A DNA stretch of 64,000 bases from Escherichia coli (GTDB taxonomy: Bacteria; Pseudomonadota; Gammaproteobacteria; Enterobacterales; Enterobacteriaceae), in NCBI RefSeq assembly GCF_046105845.1, contig NZ_CP151004.1; one strand, given 5' to 3'. The position numbers and the translations under genes were made by a program. The notes under the pieces are model-generated. The model had not been told where the DNA came from, ran no database searches, and saw only the letters and a list, made by a program, of their open reading frames with translations. Below are positions 54,791 to 64,000 of this stretch, one piece after another (within the stretch, counting starts at the first letter, position 1; every line of letters starts with the position of its first letter).

Positions 54791-54956
54791 TACTTGTAGC
54801 CCGACGTATTGGTCGGGCTAATGCCTTTACCCGATATTGCCTCCTTTTTCTGTAATTTTCTGTAAAACCATGACGTAATCACCTATCTTTGCTCGCGGTT
54901 TCATCAAGGATAGGCTGACTGAAACGGTTAAGCGGACAAGGATGCGGGGAGCGGGG

Positions 54957-55853
54957 ATGGACATTTTTATTTCGAAAAAGATGCGCAATTTCATTTTATT
55001 AGCGCAAACCAATAATATTGCCCGGGCGGCAGAAAAAATCCATATGACGGCTTCGCCATTTGGCAAAAGCATTGCCGCGCTGGAAGAACAAATTGGCTAT
55101 ACGCTATTTACCCGCAAAGATAATAATATCAGCCTCAATAAAGCCGGACAGGAACTGTATCAAAAACTGTTCCCGGTTTATCAACGACTTTCTGCGATTG
55201 ATAATGAAATCCATAACTCAGGGCGTCGTTCACGAGAAATTGTGATTGGCATAGATAATACTTATCCGACAATTATTTTCGATCAGTTGATTAGTCTCGG
55301 AGATAAGTATGAAGGCGTGACCGCCCAGCCAGTTGAGTTCAGCGAAAACGGCGTTATCGATAATCTTTTTGACCGTCAGTTAGATTTTATTATCTCCCCA
55401 CAGCATGTATCTGCACGAGTTCAGGAACTGGAAAACCTGACTATCAGTGAACTACCACCGCTGCGATTGGGCTTTCTCGTTTCTCGCCGTTATGAAGAGC
55501 GACAAGAGCAAGAGCTGCTTCAGGAGCTACCCTGGCTACAAATGCGCTTTCAGAACCGGGCCAACTTCGAAGCAATGATTGATGCGAATATGCGACCTTG
55601 TGGGATCAATCCAACCATTATTTATCGTCCCTACAGTTTTATGGCCAAAATCAGCGCCGTGGAGCGCGGACATTTTCTGACGGTGATCCCGCATTTTGCC
55701 TGGCGACTGGTGAATCCGGCAACGCTGAAATATTTTGATGCGCCGCACAGGCCGATGTATATGCAGGAATATCTTTATTCAATCAGAAATCATCGTTATA
55801 CCGCCACGATGCTTCAGCATATTGCTGAAGATCGTGACGGGACGAGTCATTAA
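54957..55853 (+). CDS. ygfI: LysR-family transcriptional regulator YgfI
   Basis: 298-aa product with N-terminal HTH; stop overlaps scpC stop (convergent). Confidence 0.85.
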   Translation: MDIFISKKMRNFILLAQTNNIARAAEKIHMTASPFGKSIAALEEQIGYTLFTRKDNNISLNKAGQELYQKLFPVYQRLSAIDNEIHNSGRRSREIVIGIDNTYPTIIFDQLISLGDKYEGVTAQPVEFSENGVIDNLFDRQLDFIISPQHVSARVQELENLTISELPPLRLGFLVSRRYEERQEQELLQELPWLQMRFQNRANFEAMIDANMRPCGINPTIIYRPYSFMAKISAVERGHFLTVIPHFAWRLVNPATLKYFDAPHRPMYMQEYLYSIRNHRYTATMLQHIAEDRDGTSH

Positions 55854-57328
55854 CCCAGCATCGAGCCGGTTGCAATTAAATTACGGTGTAAATCGAAGAC
55901 GTGGCTAAGATCGTGGTGAATATGTCCGCCGGGCGCATTTTCCAGATAGCGATGCAGATAATCCCGATACATAGGATGTGCACAATTATCAATGATAGTG
56001 CGGGCGCGTTGAAGCGGGGAAAGACCACGCAGATCGGCGATGCCTTGTTCGGTGATGATCACTTTGACGCTGTGTTCGCTGTGATCAACATGGCTGCACA
56101 TTGGCACGACGGTTGAGATCTTGCCTTCTTTAGCAATCGACGGGGCCATAAAGATCGACAGATACGCGTTGCGTTCAAAATCACCGCTGCCACCGATGCC
56201 GTTCATCAGATCGACCCCGGCTACGTGCGTTGAGTTGGCATGCCCGTAAATATCAAACTCCAGGCCGACGTTCAGAGCGATGACGCCCAGACGACGGATG
56301 ATTTCCGGGTTATTGGAAATCTCCTGCGGACGCAACACAATGCGGCTGGCAAAGTAATCCATATTGTCGTAAATCTTGCGCAGGGAATCGGCCGAGATAG
56401 TCAGGCTGGAGGCGCTGGCCCCGCTGATTTTGCCCGTTTCCAGTAAATGCACCACCGATTCCTGTAGCACTTCCGAATACATCATGAACGGAGGAATTTC
56501 CGGGTTTTCCCCTAGTCGCGCCATGACTGCATTATTGATATTGCCCACGCCACTTTGCAGCGGCAGAAATTCCGGCGGAATACGCCCATGCGCCATTTCC
56601 TGCAACAAGAACGTGACCACGTTATCGGCAATCTGCTGGCACATGGGATTTTGCTTATCCAGCATATTACCGGCGTCGGGCAAGTTGGTTTCCACGACGG
56701 CGACAATCTTTTTCGGATCGATTTGCACATAGCGGGTACCGACGCGATCCATTGCATGGAAGATCGACACGCTATTGCGCCGCGGTGGCGCGCCAGGAAT
56801 CACAATATCTGCCAGTTCTGCAACGCGCGGATCGTGATAGTGATTGAGTTCAATGATCACTTTCTTCGCCCGCAGCAGCCAGGTCGGCGCATTACCGATC
56901 CCGCTGGTTAACCAGACTCGACCATCCGGTGCCAGTGCCGATGCTTCAATGACGGCAACATCAATTTCGCCGAAGAAACCGTAATTGACCATTTGCGCCA
57001 CTTCGCTCAAATGCAGGTCAACGAAACTCACCGCGCCCTGATTGATCTTTTTACGTAAACCGGACGATGTTTGATATGGCGCACGCCAGGAAACAGCATC
57101 GGCGTCAGAAAGTACATCGTCAGCGGCGGCGCTGATTGACGCCCCCGTCAGCAGGCGGATTTGATACGGCTTTTGGGCCTCATGCTGTTCGTTAGCTCTG
57201 CGGGCAATGGCGGTGGGAAGGGCTTTCGGCGAACCCGCCGGGGTAAAGCCGCTAAATGCCACCATGTCGTTATGCTGGATAATTTCTGCCGCTTCATCGG
57301 CGGTCATCCTTGTCCACTGAGTTTCCAT
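55850..57328 (-). CDS. scpC: Propionyl-CoA:succinate CoA transferase
   Basis: 492-aa ORF, last gene of the sbm operon. Confidence 0.92.
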   Translation of the reverse strand: METQWTRMTADEAAEIIQHNDMVAFSGFTPAGSPKALPTAIARRANEQHEAQKPYQIRLLTGASISAAADDVLSDADAVSWRAPYQTSSGLRKKINQGAVSFVDLHLSEVAQMVNYGFFGEIDVAVIEASALAPDGRVWLTSGIGNAPTWLLRAKKVIIELNHYHDPRVAELADIVIPGAPPRRNSVSIFHAMDRVGTRYVQIDPKKIVAVVETNLPDAGNMLDKQNPMCQQIADNVVTFLLQEMAHGRIPPEFLPLQSGVGNINNAVMARLGENPEIPPFMMYSEVLQESVVHLLETGKISGASASSLTISADSLRKIYDNMDYFASRIVLRPQEISNNPEIIRRLGVIALNVGLEFDIYGHANSTHVAGVDLMNGIGGSGDFERNAYLSIFMAPSIAKEGKISTVVPMCSHVDHSEHSVKVIITEQGIADLRGLSPLQRARTIIDNCAHPMYRDYLHRYLENAPGGHIHHDLSHVFDLHRNLIATGSMLG

Positions 57329-57351
57329 TTTTACTCCTTCGTTCGTAGGGA

Positions 57352-58137
57352 TTAATGACCAACGAAATTAGGTTTACGTTTTTCGAGGAAAGCGTTCATC
57401 CCTTCCTGGTAATCTTCGCTGTCATAAACCGCGCGGCGCATCCCCTGAATACGTTCAAATTCATCGGAGTTCATGGTGTGCGCTTCGCCCAGTACACGCA
57501 GCTCTTCTTTGATAACGGCAATGGCTAACGGCGCTTTCTCAGAGATGTGGTGCGCCATTTGTAAGGTGAAATCTTCCAGTTCTTCCACTTCCACAACATG
57601 GTTGAGGATGCCGACAGCCAGCGCGCGCTGGGCTGTGATTGGCGAAGCGGTAAAAATCAGCTCTTTGACAATGTGGAAGCCCGCGTCGCGGGTCAGGTTG
57701 TGAATGCCGACCAGGTTATACGGGACACCGAGGTTTACAGGTGTCATTGAGAAGGTTGAGGTACTGGCGGCGATAATCAGATCGGAACTCATGATCATTT
57801 CAAATGCGCCACCCCAAACACTACCTTCCACCATCGAAATGATCGGTTTCGGGAATTTTTGGATCATGCGGGTGATTTGACGCAATGGATCATCATAGGA
57901 GAGCGGATCGCGACCGCCAGACGGCAGTTCGTGAATATCGTGACCTGCGGAGAAGACTTTGGAACCACTCGGCGCGCGCAAAATGATACAGCGAATTTCC
58001 GGCCGGTTGAGATCGCTTAATGCCTGCATAAGATCATCAATAAAGACTTTACTTAAGGCATTAAGTTTGCGGCCATAGTTAAACTCAATGACCGCCACTT
58101 TGTTGATAGTGACAACGTTCACATACTGATAAGACAT
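57352..58137 (-). CDS. scpB: Methylmalonyl-CoA decarboxylase (crotonase fold)
   Basis: 261-aa product from MSYQYVNVVTINKV. Confidence 0.9.
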   Translation of the reverse strand: MSYQYVNVVTINKVAVIEFNYGRKLNALSKVFIDDLMQALSDLNRPEIRCIILRAPSGSKVFSAGHDIHELPSGGRDPLSYDDPLRQITRMIQKFPKPIISMVEGSVWGGAFEMIMSSDLIIAASTSTFSMTPVNLGVPYNLVGIHNLTRDAGFHIVKELIFTASPITAQRALAVGILNHVVEVEELEDFTLQMAHHISEKAPLAIAVIKEELRVLGEAHTMNSDEFERIQGMRRAVYDSEDYQEGMNAFLEKRKPNFVGH

Positions 58138-58147
58138 AAAAATTCCT

Positions 58148-59143
58148 TTAATCAAAATATTGCGTCTGGATAAATTCACTGAGCTGCCGCAGGCCGGTGC
58201 GCGGTGAGAGCGTATTGTTTTTGACCGCTAAAAGCGTCTGGCGGTAATAGCGATCGAAATCTTCATTCGCGAACAGGTGATTCAGTACTTCTTCTTCGGT
58301 TTGTTTACGCAGCCATTCCACCGATTGTTGTTGCCGCACTTGTTGCAAACGACCACTGGCAGTTAGCGCGGTTTTGAAGTCGATGATGGCGTGCCAGATC
58401 TCATCGATTCCACGTTTTTCCAGTGCGCTACAAGTCAGAACTCGTGGCTGCCATTCGTCGTATTTATGTCGCAGAATATGCAGGGCACTCTCGTACATAT
58501 GCCGGGCAATGGCGACATTGGTATGGTTATCGCCATCGTCTTTGTTGATAACGATCAGATCTGCCACTTCCATCAGCCCCTTTTTAATGCCCTGCAGATC
58601 ATCGCCACCACCGGCAATTTGCAACGAGATAAAACAGTCAACCATGCGGGCGACTTCCGTTTCCGACTGCCCGACGCCAACCGTTTCGACAATCACTACG
58701 TCATAACCCGCCGCTTCGCATAACAGCATTAATTCCCGCGCTCGCTGACTGGCACCGCCCAGATGGCCGGAGGATGGTACCGGGCGAATAAACGCCGCCT
58801 CGGCACGCGCCAGGTCATTCATGCGGGTTTTATCCCCGAGAATGCTACCGCCAGTGACCGGGCTACTGGGATCGACCGCAACAACCGCAACCTTTAGTCC
58901 CTCACGAATCAACAACATGCCAAAGGCTTCAAGAAAGGTACTTTTCCCCGCGCCGGGTGTGCCGGTAACGCCCAGTCGCAGGGCGTTACCACAGAACGGC
59001 ATAATGGCATCAAGCAGCTGCGTACTTAGCGCCTGATGACGCGGGTGACGGCTTTCTACCAGTGTCATGGCCTGGGCGAGCGTGGCACGCTCACCCTGAC
59101 GTAAGCGGCGAATACTTTCTGCCAGCGTGGCTTCATTAATCAT
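58148..59143 (-). CDS. argK: MeaB-like G-protein chaperone of methylmalonyl-CoA mutase (ArgK/YgfD)
   Basis: 331-aa ORF with P-loop GTPGAGKST; start overlaps the sbm stop. Confidence 0.92.
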   Translation of the reverse strand: MINEATLAESIRRLRQGERATLAQAMTLVESRHPRHQALSTQLLDAIMPFCGNALRLGVTGTPGAGKSTFLEAFGMLLIREGLKVAVVAVDPSSPVTGGSILGDKTRMNDLARAEAAFIRPVPSSGHLGGASQRARELMLLCEAAGYDVVIVETVGVGQSETEVARMVDCFISLQIAGGGDDLQGIKKGLMEVADLIVINKDDGDNHTNVAIARHMYESALHILRHKYDEWQPRVLTCSALEKRGIDEIWHAIIDFKTALTASGRLQQVRQQQSVEWLRKQTEEEVLNHLFANEDFDRYYRQTLLAVKNNTLSPRTGLRQLSEFIQTQYFD

Positions 59144-61280
59144 GATGCTGGCTTATCAGATTCAGTACGTCGCGCACGCTGTCGAGCATAGGCGTACCAG
59201 GACCATAAATCGCCGCCACGCCGCGCTCCTGCAGGAAGGCGTAATCCTGTGGCGGGATGACGCCACCCGCGACCACGCAGATATCTTCGCGTCCCCATTT
59301 TTTCAGCGCTTCGACCAGTTCCGGGATCAGCGTTTTATGACCGGCAGCCAGTGAAGATGCGCCCACTACGTGAACGTCGTTTTCTACTGCCAGGCGGGCG
59401 ATCTCTTCAGGTGTAGAGAACATCGGGCTTAAATCTACGTCGAAACCGAGATCGGAATAGGCGCTGGCGATCACTTTCGCGCCGCGATCGTGCCCATCCT
59501 GGCCCATTTTGGCGATCAGAATGCGCGGGCGACGACCATTGTCGGCAAGGAACTGCTCCGTTTGCGCAACAATGGCATCGAACTCGGAAGCCGATTTCTC
59601 AGACTGATGATAGCTTTGCGCAATCACGCCGGTAACACACTGGCTTGGCACCAGATAACGGTCAAATGCCGCTTCCAGCGCATCGGAAATTTCACCAAGC
59701 GTTGCGCGAACGCGAGCGGCATTAACAGCGGCAGCCAGCAGGTTTTCGTTATGCTGTGCGGCGTGAGTCAGGGCGTTCAACGTGGCGGTTACGGCGGCAT
59801 CATCACGGGTGGCGCGAATGCGTTCCAGTGAAGCAATCTGCTCGTTACGCACCATCACGTTGTCGATCTCAAGTACATCGGTTTCGTCTTCGTGATCCAG
59901 TTTGTACTTGTTGACACCAACGATGACACGCTTGCCCTGGTCGATCAGCGACTGTTCGCGCGCTGAGGCCTCTTCGATCATTCGTTTTGGCAGACCTGCT
60001 TCGATCGCTTTCGCCATACCACCGGCTTCGTCGATCTGTTGGATAATAGCTCTGGCTTGTTTGACGATTTGATCGGTCAGCGACTCAACGTAATAGGATC
60101 CGGCCAGTGGATCGACGGTGCGGCAGAGTTCTGATTCTTCCTGAATGATGATCTGGGTATTGCGGGCAATGCGTGCTGAGAAATCGGTAGGCAAACCAAG
60201 CGCTTCATCAAAGGCGTTGGTATGCAGTGACTGAGTACCGCCCAGCGTTGCAGCCAGTGCTTCAATGGTGGTGCGGATAACGTTGTTATACGGATCCTGT
60301 TCAGTCAGGCTCCAGCCTGAGGTCTGGCAGTGGGTACGCAGCGCCAGTGATTTCGGATCCTGTGCGCCAAATCCACTGACCGCTTCGCTCCATAAATAAC
60401 GTGCCGCACGCAACATGGCGACGTTCATAAACAGATCCATGCCAATGCCGAAGAAGAACGACAGGCGAGGAGCGAAGTCATCAATTTTCAGCCCGGCGGA
60501 GATTGCTGCTTTGATGTACTCAATCCCATCAGCGAGCGTAAATGCTACCTGCTGCACGCAGTTGGCACCCGCTTCACCCATATGGTAACCGCTGATACTG
60601 ATGGTATTAAATCGCGGCATGTTGCCGGAACACCAGGCGATGATGTCTGCGATAATACGCATTGACGGTTTTGGCGGGTAAATATAGGTGTTGCGGCAAA
60701 GATACTCTTTGAGGATATCGTTTTGAATGGTGCCGGTCAGTTTATCGGGTGTAACACCTTGCTCTTCTGCGGCGACAATATAAAACGCCAGTACTGGTAG
60801 TACTGCGCCATTCATGGTCATCGAAACCGACATTTTATCCAGCGGGATCTGGTCGAACAGGACTTTCATATCTTCCACGGTGTCGATAGCAACGCCCGCT
60901 TTGCCGACGTCGCCCGCCACGCGCGGGTTATCGGAGTCGTAGCCTCGGTGGGTGGCAAGGTCAAACGCAACGGAAAGACCTTTTTGCCCGGCGGCCAGGT
61001 TACGGCGATAAAAAGCGTTGGACTCTTTTGCTGTTGAAAAACCAGCATACTGACGGATGGTCCACGGTTGGGCGGTATACATAGTGGCACGCGGGCCACG
61101 AACGTAGGGAGGCAAACCAGGAAGGGTACCTGTCACCTCCAGATTATCGAGATCGGCTTCGGTATACAGCGGCTTGATGGCGATCCCTTCCGCGGTTTGC
61201 TGAACCAGCGAGTCGACAGTTTTCTCCCGACGGCTCAATTCCTTGTTGGCAAGCTGTTGCCACTCCTGCACCTTAGACAT
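59136..61280 (-). CDS. scpA: Cobalamin-dependent methylmalonyl-CoA mutase (Sbm)
   Basis: 714-aa product from [15 protein letters not shown]. Confidence 0.93.
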   Translation of the reverse strand: MSKVQEWQQLANKELSRREKTVDSLVQQTAEGIAIKPLYTEADLDNLEVTGTLPGLPPYVRGPRATMYTAQPWTIRQYAGFSTAKESNAFYRRNLAAGQKGLSVAFDLATHRGYDSDNPRVAGDVGKAGVAIDTVEDMKVLFDQIPLDKMSVSMTMNGAVLPVLAFYIVAAEEQGVTPDKLTGTIQNDILKEYLCRNTYIYPPKPSMRIIADIIAWCSGNMPRFNTISISGYHMGEAGANCVQQVAFTLADGIEYIKAAISAGLKIDDFAPRLSFFFGIGMDLFMNVAMLRAARYLWSEAVSGFGAQDPKSLALRTHCQTSGWSLTEQDPYNNVIRTTIEALAATLGGTQSLHTNAFDEALGLPTDFSARIARNTQIIIQEESELCRTVDPLAGSYYVESLTDQIVKQARAIIQQIDEAGGMAKAIEAGLPKRMIEEASAREQSLIDQGKRVIVGVNKYKLDHEDETDVLEIDNVMVRNEQIASLERIRATRDDAAVTATLNALTHAAQHNENLLAAAVNAARVRATLGEISDALEAAFDRYLVPSQCVTGVIAQSYHQSEKSASEFDAIVAQTEQFLADNGRRPRILIAKMGQDGHDRGAKVIASAYSDLGFDVDLSPMFSTPEEIARLAVENDVHVVGASSLAAGHKTLIPELVEALKKWGREDICVVAGGVIPPQDYAFLQERGVAAIYGPGTPMLDSVRDVLNLISQHHD

Positions 61281-61483
61281 TATTTGCTCCGTAAAACGCA
61301 ATCAAAATGAGGGTATTTGCGCCTACGGTGAGCTTTTTACGTGGGTTTGTCGCCAGCAAAAAAAATGCATTCAGACGTCGTTTTTTGCCGCCTGAGATTT
61401 GTCTATTTTGTGATGTGATTCAAGGAATACAAAAAGAAGTGAGGATAACGCCTGATATGTGCTATCAGGCATTATTTGATGGA

Positions 61484-62377
61484 TTAATCCTGACGAAGGA
61501 CTTTGTGACCATAATCGAGCAACGCATCAGTGACTTTACGCATCATGCGGCTTTCAGGAGCAAAGCGGTGCCAGTAGAGCATCCGGCGTTGAAATAGCCC
61601 TGGCGTTAAGTCAATCAGTTCACCGCTGGCCAGTTCTTTCTCGATTTGCAGGTGCGGGATCATACAGCAGGTGGTGCCCTGGCGAGCAAGTTGCACGAAC
61701 GCTTCTGAAGAATTAACGATATGGCACGGTACGCTGCCTGGGGGCAGATCGAAGTTTTGCTGCAAAAAGGCCTGGTGCATATCGTCAAGATGGTCAAAGG
61801 CGACCACAGGTGCTTTCAATAATGCCGAACGCGTTACGCCGTTAGGGAAATATTTTTCGGCAAACGGTTTTGAGCTGACGAACAGATAGTCAAGCGCACC
61901 GAGCTTATCGACAAGACAACTCGGCAGCGCCTGATGTTGAATACTCACCGCGCCGACCACTTCGCCGCGGCGCAGACGTTCCTGAGTGCGGGTTTCATCT
62001 TCTACCTGCAAGTTGAGGCGGATAGGCGAATCAGCCAACACAGGAGCCAGCGCCGGAAGCAACCACGTCGCCAGACTGTCAGCGTTGACCGCCAGTGAAA
62101 GCAGCAGCGGAGTTGAACCGGTTTGTTCATCGCCCAGCCACTCTTCTTCCAGTAACTCCACCTGGCGCAGCAGTGCCAGCAGTTTTTGCCCTTGTTCTGT
62201 CGGGCGCGGTGGTACGGTACGCACCAACAGTGGCTGCCCGAACATATTTTCCAGTTGCTTAATGCGCTGTGAGACGGCTGATTGTGTAATGCACAGCTTT
62301 TGTGCCGCGCGCTCAAATCCTCGTTCACGTATCACCGCATCCAGTGCCTGTAATGTTCTGTAGTCCGGGCGTTTCAT
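61484..62377 (-). CDS. argP: LysR-family regulator ArgP (IciA)
   Basis: 297-aa product from [25 protein letters not shown]. Confidence 0.92.
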
Positions 62378-62804
62378 TGCTGTTGTCTGCTCCTGGTAAA
62401 TGCTTTTTCCTGCACTATGACACAATTTTGTGTCAGGTTGCATATACCGAAGCCGTCGGCGGGTAACATTTGTATTCGTGGTAAAACGCGCAGCTTAAAA
62501 GATCAGGGATTTGCGCTAATGCATTTCGCTCAGCGAGTTCGCGCCCTGGTTGTGTTGAATGGCGTGGCGCTATTGCCTCAATTTGCCTGTAAACAGGGGC
62601 TTGCGAACGGTGAACTGGTGCGCCTGTTTGCACCGTGGAGCGGCATACCCAGATTGTTGTATGCCTTATTTGCGGGGCGAAAGGGGATGCCTGCCATTGC
62701 GCGATATTTTATGGATGAGTTAACCACGCGGCTTGCCAACGGGGTCTGAATCGCTTTTTTTGTATATAATGCGTGTGAAATTTCATACCACAGGCGAAAC
62801 GATC

Positions 62805-63464
62805 ATGACGCAGGATGAATTGAAAAAAGCAGTAGGATGGGCGGCACTTCAGTATGTTCAGCCCGGCACCATTGTTGGTGTAGGTACAGGTTCCACCGCC
62901 GCACACTTTATTGACGCGCTCGGCACGATGAAAGGCCAGATTGAAGGGGCCGTTTCCAGTTCAGATGCTTCCACTGAAAAACTGAAAAGCCTCGGCATTC
63001 ACGTTTTTGATCTCAACGAAGTCGACAGCCTTGGCATCTACGTTGATGGCGCAGATGAAATCAACGGCCACATGCAAATGATCAAAGGCGGCGGCGCGGC
63101 GCTGACCCGTGAAAAAATCATTGCTTCGGTTGCGGAAAAATTTATCTGTATTGCCGACGCCTCCAAGCAGGTTGATATTCTGGGCAAATTCCCGCTGCCA
63201 GTAGAAGTTATCCCGATGGCACGTAGTGCAGTGGCGCGCCAGCTGGTGAAACTGGGCGGTCGTCCGGAATACCGCCAGGGCGTGGTGACCGATAACGGCA
63301 ACGTGATCCTCGACGTCCACGGCATGGAAATCCTTGACCCGATAGCGATGGAAAACGCCATAAATGCGATTCCTGGCGTGGTGACTGTTGGCTTGTTTGC
63401 TAACCGTGGCGCGGACGTTGCGCTGATTGGCACACCTGACGGTGTCAAAACCATTGTGAAATGA
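62805..63464 (+). CDS. rpiA: Ribose-5-phosphate isomerase A
   Basis: 219-aa product from [18 protein letters not shown]. Confidence 0.95.
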
Positions 63465-63719
63465 TCTGACGGGGGAACCTCCCCCGTTAAAAAAATTCTC
63501 TTCATTAAATTTGGTGACATGTGTCACGTTTTTACCTGGCTATTGTCGATTGCTCTAAATAAACCCTCTAAACCAGCATATTCATCCAAGAAATACCTTT
63601 GCGTGATATTTCCTCAACATTGCGACGCAAACGTTCATATTGCCGCAATATTATTTTTTGATATGTTGAAAGGCGGATGCAAATCCGCACACAACATTTC
63701 AAAAGACAGGATTGGGTAA

Positions 63720-64000
63720 ATGGCAAAGGTATCGCTGGAGAAAGACAAGATTAAGTTTCTGCTGGTAGAAGGCGTGCACCAAAAGGCGCTTGAAAGCCTT
63801 CGTGCAGCGGGTTACACCAACATCGAATTTCACAAAGGCGCGCTGGATGATGAACAATTAAAAGAATCCATCCGCGATGCCCACTTCATCGGCCTGCGAT
63901 CCCGTACCCATCTGACTGAAGACGTGATCAACGCCGCAGAAAAACTGGTCGCTATTGGCTGTTTCTGTATCGGAACAAACCAGGTTGATCTGGATGCGGC
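63720..64000 (+). CDS. serA: D-3-phosphoglycerate dehydrogenase, 3' end cut by window edge
   Basis: Reads MAKVSLEKDKIKFLLVEGVHQKALESLRAAGYTNIEFHKGAL... to the window end. Confidence 0.93.
   Translation, partial: MAKVSLEKDKIKFLLVEGVHQKALESLRAAGYTNIEFHKGALDDEQLKESIRDAHFIGLRSRTHLTEDVINAAEKLVAIGCFCIGTNQVDLDA

Noticed and set aside
63465-63495. GACGGGGGA-ACC-TCCCCCGT hairpin after rpiA as a canonical terminator
   Set aside because: On the rpiA strand the hairpin is followed by an A-tract rather than a U-tract, so orientation is ambiguous; noted as a stem-loop only.

Overview
The window reads as an Escherichia coli-type chromosome segment, collinear (in reverse orientation) with the K-12 region from pheV/speC to serA, and I found no clearly novel multi-gene system such as a defence island, prophage, IS element or CRISPR array. 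Most of the 64 kb is conserved core: speC, nupG, mltC, yggX, mutY, trmB, ansB, the yggS-yggW cluster, gshB, endA, galP, metK, speA/speB, tktA, cmtBA, epd-pgk-fbaA, mscS, argO, the sbm-argK-scpB-scpC operon, argP, rpiA and the start of serA. The strongest leads are the departures from the K-12 gene order as I remember it. (1) A complete type II secretion operon, gspE (5' partial) to gspM, abuts the 3' end of tRNA-Phe (pheV); K-12 keeps only remnants here. (2) An AT-rich ~3 kb block between yggM and hemW encodes a DctPQM-type TRAP transporter whose large permease carries an in-frame amber stop at codon 41. (3) An AT-rich 243-aa lipoprotein gene sits between speA and speB. (4) An SPFH/band-7 gene between tktA and cmtB is split by a frameshift. 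Known repeat families are also present: an ERIC element abutting fbaA, REP/BIME units, and a GC-rich composite palindrome between yggL and yggN. All comparisons to K-12 are from memory and need an alignment to confirm. Coordinates follow the supplied ORF track and include stop codons; where the track ORF begins upstream of the likely true start I give the adjusted start.
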